In this document: piece after piece, positions 35,537 through 45,819 of the stretch
Layout: every line of letters starts with the position of its first letter
How positions within the stretch are numbered: the first letter of the stretch is position 1
Assembly: GCA_963827235.1 (NCBI GenBank)
Contig: CAWHAE010000008.1
Span: forward strand, 256,001-320,000
Reading direction: 5' to 3'
Origin: an uncultured bacterium
GTDB taxonomy: Bacteria; Chloroflexota; UBA5177; JANWHV01
Length of the DNA: 64,000 nt
Position numbers and translations under genes: made by a program
Notes under the pieces: model-generated
The model's input: the letters and a program-made list of their open reading frames with translations, nothing else
Databases searched by the model: none
Told to the model about the DNA's origin: nothing

Positions 35537-36346
35537 GTGGAAATCATTATCGCACCCGACAAGTACAAGGCAGCCTTGCTCACGGCGCGCATCATCGCCA
35601 CGGAGCTGCGGGCAAAGCCGAGTCTCGTGCTCGGTCTGGCCACGGGGCGGACTATGGAGAGGGTCTACCAGTACATGGCAGACATGCATCATCTCGAAGG
35701 TCTGGATTTCTCGGGGTGCCGTACCTTCAATCTCGACGAGTACGTCGGCATCCCCGCCGAGCATCCGGGCTCTTACCGGCGCTATATGAACGAGCGTCTT
35801 TTCGATAAGGTCAACATCGACCCCGCCAATACCCATCTTCCCGACGGCATGGCGGCCGACCTGAAGGGGGAGTGCCGCCACTATGAATCGCTGGTGAAGG
35901 AGGCGGGAGGCGTCGACCTTCAGCTCCTGGGCATAGGGCGTGACGGCCATATCGGCTTCAACGAGCCGTTGTCGGCGCTGCGGTCCCGCACGCGTGAGAA
36001 GGCTTTGACACCGGTCACCGTTCGGCAGAACTCGGCCATGTTCGGCGGTCCGGACAACATGCCGCGCCGCGCGATCACCATGGGCGTAGGCACGATTCTG
36101 GACTCGAGGCGCTGCATTCTCCTGGTGACCGGGGACTCCAAGGCTGCGGTGGTGGCGAAGGCCCTCGAGGGACCGATATCGTCCATGGTCACCGCGTCGG
36201 CACTGCAACTCCATCCTAACTGCCAGGTCGTGGTGGACGAGGAGGCGGCCACCGACCTGCAAGGTCGCGACTACTATCACTGGATCTTCGCCAACGAGCC
36301 GGAATGGGCTGAGTATCGGGATCTGGACGCTTTAGAGCCTCGCTAG
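35537..36346 (+). CDS. nagB: Glucosamine-6-phosphate deaminase
   Basis: LGLATG.T, TFNLDEY, LLGIG.DGHIGFNEP, AITMGVGTI. Confidence 0.95.
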   Translation: MEIIIAPDKYKAALLTARIIATELRAKPSLVLGLATGRTMERVYQYMADMHHLEGLDFSGCRTFNLDEYVGIPAEHPGSYRRYMNERLFDKVNIDPANTHLPDGMAADLKGECRHYESLVKEAGGVDLQLLGIGRDGHIGFNEPLSALRSRTREKALTPVTVRQNSAMFGGPDNMPRRAITMGVGTILDSRRCILLVTGDSKAAVVAKALEGPISSMVTASALQLHPNCQVVVDEEAATDLQGRDYYHWIFANEPEWAEYRDLDALEPR

Positions 36347-36365
36347 AAGTCGAGGAGGAGAGATC

Positions 36366-37481
36366 ATGAAGGTTCCTTTCTACGGTCACACGCGCCAGTA
36401 CCACGCCATCAAGGTGGAGATCGATGCCAACGTGGCCCGGGTGCTGGAGAGCGGGCAGTATGTCATGGGCCCAATGCTCAAGCAGTTTGAGGCCGAGTTC
36501 GCGGCGTACACCGGCAAGAAGTACGCCGTCGGCGTGGGCAACGGCACCGACGCCCTCTGGCTGACGATGATGTCCCTGGGGTTGCAGCCCGGCGACGAGG
36601 TGATCACCAACGCAAACACGTTCTTCGCTACCGCTGAGGCGATCTGGATCGCCGGCGCTACCGCCGTACTGGTCGACTGCGACGACTCCACGCGCTGCAT
36701 CGATCCCGCCAGGGTGGAAGCCGCGATCACGCCCAGGACCAAGGGAATCATCCCCGTCCATCTCTACGGTCAGTGCGCGCCCATGCGGGCAATCAAGGAC
36801 ATCGCCGACCGGCACGGACTGTGGGTCGTCGAGGACAACGCCCAGGCTATCGATGCGCGCGGCGACGATTTCAGGATCGGCGAGCTGTCCGAAGCAGTGT
36901 GCACGAGCTTCATCATCCAGAAGAACCTTGGCACGTTCGGCGACGGCGGCGCGGTGTACACCGACAATCCCAACATCGACGCTACGGTCCGCAAGCTGCG
37001 CAATCACGGCTCGGGCCTTCGCGACCACCACAGCCCGGGCTTCAACAGTCGCCTGGACGACCTGCACGCGGGCTTCCTGAGCGCCAAGCTCAAGCACATT
37101 GGTGAATGGTCGGACCAGCGCCGCGCATTGGCGGCTCGTTACGATAGCGGCCTCAAGGACGTCGATTTCATTACTCTGCCGTACGCGCGACCCGGATACC
37201 GTCATGTTTACCACCTGTACGTGATCGAGACGAGAGACCCCTCTCAGCGCGATCCGCTCCTCGCCTTCCTCAACGAGCATGGCGTCGACGCCAAGACCCA
37301 CTACTCGATCGCCATTCACAAGCAGGATGGCTATCCCTGGGGAAAGGGCGCCGTCATCTCCGGCTCTCTGGCCCGCGCGGAGAAGAATGCTGCATCGTGT
37401 ATCTCACTGCCCATGTTCCCCGAGCTGACGTCCGAGGAGATCGATTACGTCATCGCCACGATCAAGTCCTGGAAGCGCTGA
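36366..37481 (+). CDS. DegT/DnrJ/EryC1/StrS PLP-dependent sugar aminotransferase
   Basis: NGTDAL, IIPVHLYGQ, EDNAQA, SFIIQKNLG (PLP Lys), NSRLD, CISLPMFP. Confidence 0.93.
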   Translation: MKVPFYGHTRQYHAIKVEIDANVARVLESGQYVMGPMLKQFEAEFAAYTGKKYAVGVGNGTDALWLTMMSLGLQPGDEVITNANTFFATAEAIWIAGATAVLVDCDDSTRCIDPARVEAAITPRTKGIIPVHLYGQCAPMRAIKDIADRHGLWVVEDNAQAIDARGDDFRIGELSEAVCTSFIIQKNLGTFGDGGAVYTDNPNIDATVRKLRNHGSGLRDHHSPGFNSRLDDLHAGFLSAKLKHIGEWSDQRRALAARYDSGLKDVDFITLPYARPGYRHVYHLYVIETRDPSQRDPLLAFLNEHGVDAKTHYSIAIHKQDGYPWGKGAVISGSLARAEKNAASCISLPMFPELTSEEIDYVIATIKSWKR

Positions 37482-37509
37482 GCCGCCGAATTGTAGCCAG
37501 GAGCACGCT

Positions 37510-38574
37510 ATGAGCACGTACAGGGTCCTGGTAGTGGGTATGGGCAAGCGTGGCAAGAACCACGCGGCGCACTTCCATGCCAATCCGCGCTTCAAAGTGG
37601 TGGGGATTTGTGACGTCGATCCGGCCAAGCTCGATGGTCTGGCGGCCGGACTCGACAATCCTGCGACCGGCGACAACGCCGCGGAGATGGCCGCCGCGCT
37701 CGAGCCGGATGTGTTCTGCTTCTGCACGCTTCCGCATATCCGGTCCGAGATGGTCAAGATCGGCGTGGAGTGCGGGGCGAAGCTGATTGCATTCGAGAAG
37801 CCGGTTGCTCTCACCTCGCAGGAAGGCCAGAAGGTGAAGGCACTTCTTGCCGGCAGCCCGGCGAAGGTAGTCGTGAGCCATCAACATCGCTACGGCCCGC
37901 ATTATCGCGCCGTGAAGGAGACCGTGGCCGGCGGAAAGATCGGCAGCGTGCATACCGTCTACGGCATTTCCCAGGGGTGGGCGGCCCACATGCTGTCGCA
38001 TCTGATCGACTACACTATGTGGTTCAACAACTACGCGGCGCCCGCATGGGTGCTGGCGCAGGCGGCGGGTGGCCACAAGTTCTCCGACATGCACGCCTCG
38101 CCCGACTACATCGCGGGCTTCGTGCAGTATGCGAATGGGGTGCGCGGCATTTACGAGTGCGGCGGCGGCGCGCCGGACGTGCCCGAGGTTGAACGGTGGT
38201 GGAGCAAGTGCAGGATGGGCGCCTCCGGCCCGGGCGGGTTTGCCGAGGTCTATACCGGCAACGGCTGGAAGGCCGTCACGCAACACGGCGTCCTGCAGGG
38301 AGAAGGCTCCATGGCCTACGACCAGGATATGCCGGGGTACATTCAGGACATGGCCGCCTGGCTCGACGACGGCATCGTACACCCATGCTGCCTCGAGCAC
38401 GCGTACGCCGGCTTCGAGGCGATGATGGCCATGTACAGGAGCGCTGCTCGAGGCGGGCAGATCGCGCTGCCGCTCGCGGACTCAGCTGACGAGCTTGCCG
38501 AACTGAAGAATTCAGTTCCGGCCACGCCGCTCCTCGTCACGCTGGAGGCGTCAAGGAAGGAATTCGGCCTCTGA
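37510..38574 (+). CDS. Gfo/Idh/MocA family oxidoreductase
   Basis: GMGKRG Rossmann, EKP motif, HQHRY, H.ID. Confidence 0.88.
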   Translation: MSTYRVLVVGMGKRGKNHAAHFHANPRFKVVGICDVDPAKLDGLAAGLDNPATGDNAAEMAAALEPDVFCFCTLPHIRSEMVKIGVECGAKLIAFEKPVALTSQEGQKVKALLAGSPAKVVVSHQHRYGPHYRAVKETVAGGKIGSVHTVYGISQGWAAHMLSHLIDYTMWFNNYAAPAWVLAQAAGGHKFSDMHASPDYIAGFVQYANGVRGIYECGGGAPDVPEVERWWSKCRMGASGPGGFAEVYTGNGWKAVTQHGVLQGEGSMAYDQDMPGYIQDMAAWLDDGIVHPCCLEHAYAGFEAMMAMYRSAARGGQIALPLADSADELAELKNSVPATPLLVTLEASRKEFGL

Positions 38575-38679
38575 GGAGGGCGGAAGCCGCAGCAGGCTTG
38601 TGTGACTGCCGCTCGCTACGCACGACGGCTATCTCACACGCCTGCCGCGGTATTCGCATTGCCACGCAGGGCGCTCTAC

Positions 38680-40530
38680 TCATGCCGGCGCGGCGGCCAA
38701 TACCTCGGCCATGGGTGGGCGCTCGTAGTCCTCGACACGCCGTACCTCGAGGTGGAACTGGTCGCGCGTGTGCACGATCGTCTTCATCGAGCGATTCAGC
38801 TCGGACACGAGCTCGATCTGATGCTGGCGCTCGAGGCGGCCAATCATGGTCTGCAGTATGGTGAACGACATGCGGCTCAGAGCGGCGAGAGACTGGTTGC
38901 GGTGGACACGCTGTTCGAGGTCCACTTGAGCGATCGTGTTGATACCGAAGCGCTCCGCGATATCGATCAGCAAGGCAATCTCGACGCCGTATCCGGTGGC
39001 AAAAGGCAGCTGCATCAACAGATCTCTCCGTCCCGCGTATTCGCCGGATAGCGGCTGGATGAGACCAGAGAGCACAGGGTAGAACAAGTTGATCAGCGGC
39101 CGCGCCGTCAGCTCGGTCACCCGGCCGCCGCTCGACTCATGCAGCACGTCACCTTGCCTGAGCGGCCGGCGGTAGAAGCCCTTCACGTAGCCGATTCGTG
39201 GCTCCCTCAACAATGGACCGAGTAAACCGTAGACGAACTTCGGGTGGATGTTCGCGATATCCGTATCGATCCAGGCGATGATGTCACCGGTGGCCAGGCT
39301 CAGGCTCTTCCACAGCGCCTCGCCTTTGCCGGAGTAGGATCCGCATTCGGGAAGCACCTCCTGATGCACGTAGACCGTGACGCCGAGCGACCGCGCGATC
39401 GAGGCTGTGCGATCCTCCGACTGGCTATCGATCACCAGCATGTCGTCGATGAGCGGCTGCCTACGCTGCAGATTCTCCTGCATGCATTCGATGATGCTGC
39501 CTATCGTCTGCTCCTCGTTGAGGGTCGGCAGCACCAAGCTGATCGTGAGGTGCTGCTGCTCCTTCATCCTGACGAGCTCGGACAGCGAGGCAAACTCCTT
39601 GCTGTGAAAAGTGTTCTCGGCAAACCACTTATCGACCACCAGCGAGATGCTCTCGGCGGCGCCTGGCTGCGCGGCTTCCTCCGCCACCTTGGCGGGTCCG
39701 TACTCGGCGATTGGCATCTGCCGTTCGGTCTTCGTGATCAGGATCGGGCACTCCACCCGTCTGGCCATCTCCTCGGCGAGGTAGCCATAAGGATAGGGAA
39801 AGGAACGGCTCGTCGCGGCAGCGCCCATTACAATCAGGTCGTGGCCGGCGGCCTCCCGGACCAGACAGTTCAGGAGCTCGGCGGCAATCACGGACCGGGC
39901 GTGGGCGACGCCCGGATACAGAGCCTCCCAGTACTCGCGAAAGGCTCGGTCTTCAGCCTGGGCCTCGGCGACGGGGAGGTAGGCAGGGATTACTCGTAGC
40001 AGGGTGATCGAGGCGCCCCATACCTTCGCCAGGCTGATGCCGAGCGAGGCGGCGAGATCCGCGTGTGTACCGCCCCGCACGGGCAACAGTACTCGCCGGG
40101 GCGTGGCCCGGGGATCGAACGGCTTGACAGCCAGCATATCGCACGGCGGCTGCTGCGTGAGCCGCCACATCGCCGACTCCGCCACGTTGACGTAGGGTGG
40201 AGACGGCGCCCAACCTACCACGAGCAGGCTCGCATCCGTCTCCATCACGACATCAGCAAGCGCTTCGTCGATAGTGTGTCCGGCGCGGACGATCGTCTCG
40301 GCCGGAACGCCTTCTTCTTCGGCGGCCTGCGCGGCGCGTCGGAGAAGCCGGCGCTGGGCGCGCGCTTCTTTCGCGCCATGACTAAGCGAGTGGCCCGGGG
40401 CGACGAGCACGACGCTGACTACGACCAGACGAGCTGCCCTCGAACGGGCCAGCTCCGCGCCAAGCCGCACCAGATGTTCGGCTGTACGAGGGTTTGCCAC
40501 GCCCACCAATACCGTATTTGATTCGGTCAC
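38680..40530 (-). CDS. Tandem USP domains fused to glucosyl-3-phosphoglycerate synthase (GpgS-like)
   Basis: N-terminal USP-like repeats (VLVGVANP, LLVVG, VLLPVRGG, LIVMG); C-terminal LPTLNEE, GKGEALWKS, DTD, GGRVTELTARP, QPLSGEYA, GYGVE. Confidence 0.88.
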   Translation of the reverse strand: MTESNTVLVGVANPRTAEHLVRLGAELARSRAARLVVVSVVLVAPGHSLSHGAKEARAQRRLLRRAAQAAEEEGVPAETIVRAGHTIDEALADVVMETDASLLVVGWAPSPPYVNVAESAMWRLTQQPPCDMLAVKPFDPRATPRRVLLPVRGGTHADLAASLGISLAKVWGASITLLRVIPAYLPVAEAQAEDRAFREYWEALYPGVAHARSVIAAELLNCLVREAAGHDLIVMGAAATSRSFPYPYGYLAEEMARRVECPILITKTERQMPIAEYGPAKVAEEAAQPGAAESISLVVDKWFAENTFHSKEFASLSELVRMKEQQHLTISLVLPTLNEEQTIGSIIECMQENLQRRQPLIDDMLVIDSQSEDRTASIARSLGVTVYVHQEVLPECGSYSGKGEALWKSLSLATGDIIAWIDTDIANIHPKFVYGLLGPLLREPRIGYVKGFYRRPLRQGDVLHESSGGRVTELTARPLINLFYPVLSGLIQPLSGEYAGRRDLLMQLPFATGYGVEIALLIDIAERFGINTIAQVDLEQRVHRNQSLAALSRMSFTILQTMIGRLERQHQIELVSELNRSMKTIVHTRDQFHLEVRRVEDYERPPMAEVLAAAPA

Positions 40531-40753
40531 GTGACCTCGCGAATTCAGTTGTGGTGTGGAGTCTCGCAGTTGCTCCCGACGCCTGGCGTTCCGCAGATCG
40601 GCCGCCATCTCCCTACGGAGCCTTTGCAGGATCCCGCCGGTCGAACGGTCCGAATTGCTGCCGTCGCTCTTCTACCGTACGGGATGGCCCGGCATCCGTC
40701 CAGATCCGCCGCTGCGGGCTCGCAGCCGCTTCTCCATTGAGGCGCCCGAGTGC

Positions 40754-40769
40754 TAGAATAGCCGTGCTA
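40754..40769. promoter_or_regulatory. Candidate LexA box overlapping extended -10 of yebC-ruvC-ruvA
   Basis: TAGAATAGCCGTGCTA, 2 mismatches from TAGAAC-N4-GTTCTA; overlaps TGCTAGAAT. Confidence 0.45.
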
Positions 40770-40789
40770 TACCAGTGGAGGGGTTGCGT

Positions 40790-41539
40790 ATGTCTGGGCA
40801 TTCCAAATGGTCGCAGATCAAGCGACAGAAGGGCACTAACGACGCGAGGCGCGGACAGTTGTTCACTCGCCTGGGACGGGAGATTCAGATAGCTGCGCGC
40901 GAAGGTGGCGGGGACCCGGACGCTAACTTCAGGCTTCGTCTGGCGGTTCAGCGAGCGCGCGAAAGCAACATGCCGCTAGAGAACGTCGAACGCGCCATCA
41001 AGCGAGGTGTAGGCGGCGGGGAATCGGGTAGTCTGGACGAGATCACTTACGAGGGTTACGGTCCAGGCGGCGCTGCAGTTCTCGTCCAGGTCATGACCGA
41101 CAATCGCAACAGGACGGTCGGCGAAGTTCGAAATGTTCTGAGCAAGTGCGGGGGAAGCCTCGGCGAGACCGGCTCCGTTGCGTGGCAGTTTCAGGATCGT
41201 GGCGTGATCTCAGTGACGCTACACGACGGCAACACGGAGGACCTGGAGCTGGCGGCGATCGACGCCGGTGCAATCGACGTGACTATCGACGGTGACACTC
41301 TGGAGGTCCTGACCGAGCCGGACACGCTCGAGGCCGTCCGGCTCGCCCTGCAGTCGCAGAAGGCCGACATCACCAACGCAGAGCGGAGTCTGGTGGCGAG
41401 CACGACGATCGCTCTCGACAGCAAGCACGCTGCGCAAATGCTCAGACTGGTCGATCGGCTCGAGGAGCTGGACGACGTGCAGAAGGTGTACAGTAACGTC
41501 GAAATATCCGATGAGGACCTGGAGGCGTACGAAGGCTGA
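40790..41539 (+). CDS. yebC: YebC/PmpR family protein
   Basis: MSGHSKW.QIK, YEGYGPGG, TDNRNRT, LEELDDVQ.VY.N. Confidence 0.96.
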   Translation: MSGHSKWSQIKRQKGTNDARRGQLFTRLGREIQIAAREGGGDPDANFRLRLAVQRARESNMPLENVERAIKRGVGGGESGSLDEITYEGYGPGGAAVLVQVMTDNRNRTVGEVRNVLSKCGGSLGETGSVAWQFQDRGVISVTLHDGNTEDLELAAIDAGAIDVTIDGDTLEVLTEPDTLEAVRLALQSQKADITNAERSLVASTTIALDSKHAAQMLRLVDRLEELDDVQKVYSNVEISDEDLEAYEG

Positions 41540-41563
41540 GCGGCGGCTTTGTAAGTCCCGCCG

Positions 41564-42085
41564 GTGACGGGCGTGACTCGCACCCTTGGCATCGATCCCG
41601 GCACCGCCATAATGGGGTATGGCGTGGTCGAATCGCCCGGGAAGGGCGGCGTGCTGCGTGCTGTTGACTATGGCGTGCTCACGACAAGCAGCTCGGACTC
41701 CCTGGCGATACGTCTGCAAGCCCTGTACATGAGGCTTGGTGACCTGTTCGCGACGCACGCACCGGCAGCTCTGGCCGTCGAGTCGCTGTTCTTCAATGTC
41801 AACGTTCGAACGGCGCTCGCCGTGGGGCACGCGCGCGGAATCGTTCTGTTGGCGGCGGCCGAAGCGGGCGTCGATGTGTTCGAGTACTCCCCTCAGCAGG
41901 TGAAGGGGGCCGTGGTGGGCTACGGCAAGGCGTCCAAAGAACAGGTGCAGGTGATGGTAAAGACTCTCCTGGCGCTGCAGACGATCCCGCGTCCAGACGA
42001 CGCCGCTGATGCATTGGCTGTTGCCATCTGTCACGTGCATAGCGCTCGCATGTCTTCCCTGACGGTCGGGCCGGCCGACCGATGA
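41564..42085 (+). CDS. ruvC: Holliday junction resolvase RuvC
   Basis: [36 protein letters not shown]. Confidence 0.96.
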   Translation: MTGVTRTLGIDPGTAIMGYGVVESPGKGGVLRAVDYGVLTTSSSDSLAIRLQALYMRLGDLFATHAPAALAVESLFFNVNVRTALAVGHARGIVLLAAAEAGVDVFEYSPQQVKGAVVGYGKASKEQVQVMVKTLLALQTIPRPDDAADALAVAICHVHSARMSSLTVGPADR

Positions 42086-42666
42086 TCGAATCGCTGCGAG
42101 GCGTGGTCGAATTGTGCACGGGAGACGCCGCCATTCTGCGGTTGGGTGCCGTGAGCATTCGGCTTGGGATCACGGCGGAGACAGCACGCGGGCTCAGACC
42201 CGGCGGGACCGTGGAGCTGTTCACTCACCTATTCTTCCGTGAGGATGTAGTGGCGCTCTACGGCTTCTCTTCGCGTGAGGAGCGCGCGATGTTCGAGGAG
42301 CTGCTCGGCGTTACCGGCGTAGGGCCCCGCGTGGCCCTGGGCTTCCTCTCGGCATTCACGCCCAGTGGACTGCGCGAAGCTATCGACGGCGAGGACGTTG
42401 TCCGGTTGACACGCGTGCCGGGGGTTGGGAGGAAAACGGCGCAGCGAGTCGTGCTTGAGCTCAGGGGCAAGCTGGTGGCCGCTGCTCCCGCGGGACCGAC
42501 CAGCCAGCTTTCGCCTCGCGACCAGGAGCTGATTCAGGTGCTGGCCGGCCTGGGGTACACTTCGACAGAGGCGGGTGAGGCAGTGCGGCACAGCAATGAC
42601 GTGGCCGCCGAGGGTACCGATGAAGATAGACTCCGAGCTGCCCTCAGTTACTTCGCTGCCTACTGA
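42082..42666 (+). CDS. ruvA: Holliday junction branch migration protein RuvA
   Basis: RED...[30 protein letters not shown]. Confidence 0.95.
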   Translation: MIESLRGVVELCTGDAAILRLGAVSIRLGITAETARGLRPGGTVELFTHLFFREDVVALYGFSSREERAMFEELLGVTGVGPRVALGFLSAFTPSGLREAIDGEDVVRLTRVPGVGRKTAQRVVLELRGKLVAAAPAGPTSQLSPRDQELIQVLAGLGYTSTEAGEAVRHSNDVAAEGTDEDRLRAALSYFAAY

Positions 42667-42674
42667 GCTGCACG

Positions 42675-43843
42675 TTGCGGCGTACCAGTCGGACGACCAG
42701 CCCCCAGGGCCGGACGACGATGGCGTCCCCCCGGAGGCCGCCAAGGCGGAGTCTGCCCCAGGCGCGGGCCTGCCAGAGTCGTCCTGAGCCGTTCAGCCCA
42801 AGGTCGCGTATTGCCGTCCTGATCATCGTCGGCGTGCTCGGGTTTTCTGTTTCTGCTGCGCGTGTCCAGCATACTGGCACCGTTTCTGTGGGCTATCGTG
42901 GTCTGGCCTACATTCTCAACCCTTTGGTGGCCGCCCTGCGCAGTAAGGCGAGGATGCCGCGACCGATGGCAGTAGTGTGCATCTACCTGGTGGCCATCGC
43001 GATCATCGCGGGACTGTTGTACTTGGCTCTTCCTCGCATCAACACGCAGGTCGCTCAGCTCACCAACGAGCTGCCTTCGATCACCGCCGATTTGCAGGCG
43101 CGCTACTTTGGCTCGACGAGCACTCCGTTGGACGTCGCTGGTTTCTCCATCGACGTGCAACAGGTCACGAAGCAGGTCGCCGACAGCCTGAATTCCTTCC
43201 TGAACGGCTTTTTCGGCAGTGCCATCTCTGCGGTAGTTACTACCGTCGAGCGCATCACGCAGCTGCTGCTTTTCGTCATCGTGACGTTCTACTTGATGCT
43301 CGATGCCGAAAAGATCGGCGAGCAGCTCAGGCAGGCGATCCCCAGTGCGTACCGCGACGAGACCGTGGCGTTGCGTCGCGCATGAACTACGTGCTGCGTC
43401 AGTACATGCAGGCTCAGCTCATCCTGATCGCGATCATGGGCACGGCGAGTTTCGTCGTGCTGACGATCATGAACGTGCGGTTTGCTATCGCCCTGGCCCC
43501 GATCGTCGGGTTGCTCGAGATCTTCCCGATCATTGGGCCGTTCGCGGCGATCACCATGGTCACGGTCATGGCGTTGTTCTCTACGCCGCCGTTCGGCCTT
43601 TCGACCACGGCGTCGGCGATCATAGTCTGCCTTATCTTCTTTATCATGCGCCAGATCGAGGATTACGCAGTGATACCGAACATCGTCGGACACGCCGTGA
43701 AGCTTCACCCTGCGCTGATACTCTTTGCTGTTGCCTCGGGAACCACGCTCGGCGGACCGCTGGGCCTCTTTCTTGCAGTACCGGTCACCGGCGCGCTGAG
43801 GGTGCTGGCCGCGCACATCTATCAGAAGACGTTCCCGGCGTGA
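42675..43843 (+). CDS. AI-2E family transporter, several frameshifts (probable sequence errors)
   Basis: LAYILNPLV, FYLMLD, FPIIGP, QIEDYAVIP.IVG..V.LHP, G.LG..LAVP spread over different frames (shifts near 42780, 42840, 42900, 43375); start uncertain. Confidence 0.8.
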
Positions 43844-44366
43844 GCGGAATCCAGCCGGGTCTGCTGCTGGACCGTGCGGAAGCAATTCGGCTGGCCGACG
43901 ATCTGCGATCGCGTGGACAGGCGGCTGGTCTTTACCAACGGTATGTTCGATCTCCTGCACGCGGGTCACATCGCGTATCTGGCCGCGGCACGAGATCTGG
44001 GCGACGTTCTGCTGGTCGGCCTGAACTCCGACCAAAGCACGCGCCTGCTCAAGGGACCCGGGCGACCGCTCGTGCCGGAGACAGATCGAGCAGTCGTGCT
44101 GCTCGCCCTGCGTGCAGTCGACGGTGTGGTTGTATTTGACGAGCCGACTGCCGGCGCTCTCATACGGGCGCTTCGCCCCGACATCTACGTCAAAGGAGGC
44201 GACTACTCGCTTTCGGGATCGGGCGCGGGCACACCGTTGCCGGAAGAGCCGGACAGTACGTGCTTACGGCGGCGAGATCACGCTGATCGCCTATCGTCAG
44301 GGTTATTCGACCAGCGAACTGCTTGCGCGCATTCGCAGCGGCAGACGGCGCACTGCGCGATGCTAG
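43840..44366 (+). CDS. RfaE2/HldE-C-type nucleotidyltransferase, frameshifted
   Basis: [14 protein letters not shown] (HxGH), VGLNSD.S...KG..RP, VKGGDY, GYSTS; shifts near 43918 and 44250. Confidence 0.85.
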
Positions 44367-45026
44367 GCGTCCGGCTCCAGCATCTTGTGCAAGACTGCTT
44401 CGGACTCTAGGCTTGTGAGACCGATCAGGCGGTCGCCCGCTGGAGCATGGTCTGGCCGGTCGGGAAACGACCGCACTCCGTCCCGCACGTGAAGCGAGAG
44501 CACGGTATCGGCGGCAGCGAGAGGTCTGCAATACGCCGGCCCACCCACGGGCAATCGTCGCTCATGTACAGGTCGACGATCTCCATTCCAACGTTGCGCA
44601 GCGTGAGCAGATTGACGAACGGCGTGGTGGGGATTTCCTGCTCTATCAAGCTGATGATGAACTGGGTCGCGCTCACGGTAATATCAATGCCGAGCCGGAT
44701 GAAGATCTCTTCATTCCTGGGATTGTTGATACGCGCGATGGTGCGCGTGACGTTGAAGTGGCGCTTGGCTACCTGGCAGACGATCAGATTATCTTCATCT
44801 TCTCCGGTGACCGCGCACACGACGTCGGCGCGACCCACACCGGCAGTCTCCAGCGTACCGGCCTCGGCGCCGTCACCACGAGTACCACGCCCTGGCCGAA
44901 GTCCTCGGCGATGCGTGCCGCTCGCTTGAAGTCGCGCTCGATGAGCAGCACCTCATGCCGCTCCTCCAGCAGTGCCTTGGTCAGGTAGTAGCCGACCTTG
45001 CCACCGCCAATCACCACCACGTACAT
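44363..45026 (-). CDS. trkA: TrkA/KtrA RCK potassium-uptake regulatory subunit, frameshifted
   Basis: [27 protein letters not shown]; continuous protein reconstructed from three frames. Confidence 0.85.
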
Positions 45027-45062
45027 GGATGATCATTGCCTCCTCGCCGCTCACGGACCCTA

Positions 45063-45452
45063 TCAGTGCCGTCGCATCTGGGCGACTCCAACCCTGGTCG
45101 GGCACACGGTCTCCAGGCCCGCCATCCGGAACGTGTCCTGTCGCTCAGGATCGTAAATGCGCGTGATCACTCGCGGAACATTGAAGACCTCTCGGGCAAC
45201 CTGGCTGGCCATGATGTTCGTGTTATCGGAATTGGTCAGGGCACACATCGCGTCCGCCCGATCGACTCCCGCCTGCTCGAGAATGTCTTCGTCGATGCCG
45301 TTTCCGAGCACGACCAGGCCACTGAATCTGGGTGGAAGACGCTCGAACGCCTCCATCTCCTTGTCGATGATGCTTACCCTGTGGCCGGCGGCCTCGAGCA
45401 TACCTGCCAGCCTGGCGCCTACGCGTCCGCAGCCTAGGATAACAACTCGCAT
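45063..45452 (-). CDS. trkA: TrkA-N (RCK) domain protein
   Basis: LGCGRVG, GNGID, ALTNSDNTNI, RIYDP; 3' end may be affected by an indel. Confidence 0.88.
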   Translation of the reverse strand: MRVVILGCGRVGARLAGMLEAAGHRVSIIDKEMEAFERLPPRFSGLVVLGNGIDEDILEQAGVDRADAMCALTNSDNTNIMASQVAREVFNVPRVITRIYDPERQDTFRMAGLETVCPTRVGVAQMRRH

Positions 45453-45819
45453 CGCTTACACTCCATGAAATGAGTCCCGTGCGATCATACTCATAATGCC
45501 TGCTCATTCGCCAGTGACCGCCGTGCTCGAGGCAGCGCCGATCCAGTCCTGGGATTCGTGCTCCTCTTCGCTGCAAGCCACCTCGGGGCGCGCGGTCACC
45601 GGTCCCGTACAATGGTAGCTGACGGACGTTCGCCGCCTGCGCCAACGCCGGCTGCCGCTATCGCCTGGCTGAGCACTCTCCGCACAAAGTACACTTGGAC
45701 GGCGGATCGCGTGCCGCTTGAACGGAGACATCTGTTATCTACCGCAAGCTGACCGCTACAACGAATCAATCGGCGGTCGTCCATCGCGTGCCAGGTCGCC
45801 GCCGCGAAAGGCGCTGGCC

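Noticed and set aside
34202-36280. Long antisense ORFs (692 aa here; also 6094-7629, 45766-47550, 36216-37319, 60480-61565)
   Set aside because: Shadow frames opposite well-supported genes, expected in high-GC DNA; no recognisable motifs.
45614-45632. Minus-strand CGAACGTCCGTCAGCTACC upstream of trkA resembles the 3' motif of the c-di-AMP (ydaO) riboswitch
   Set aside because: The upstream GCTGAATCC/GGGGTGAATC elements are not visible; would need an Infernal hit to accept.
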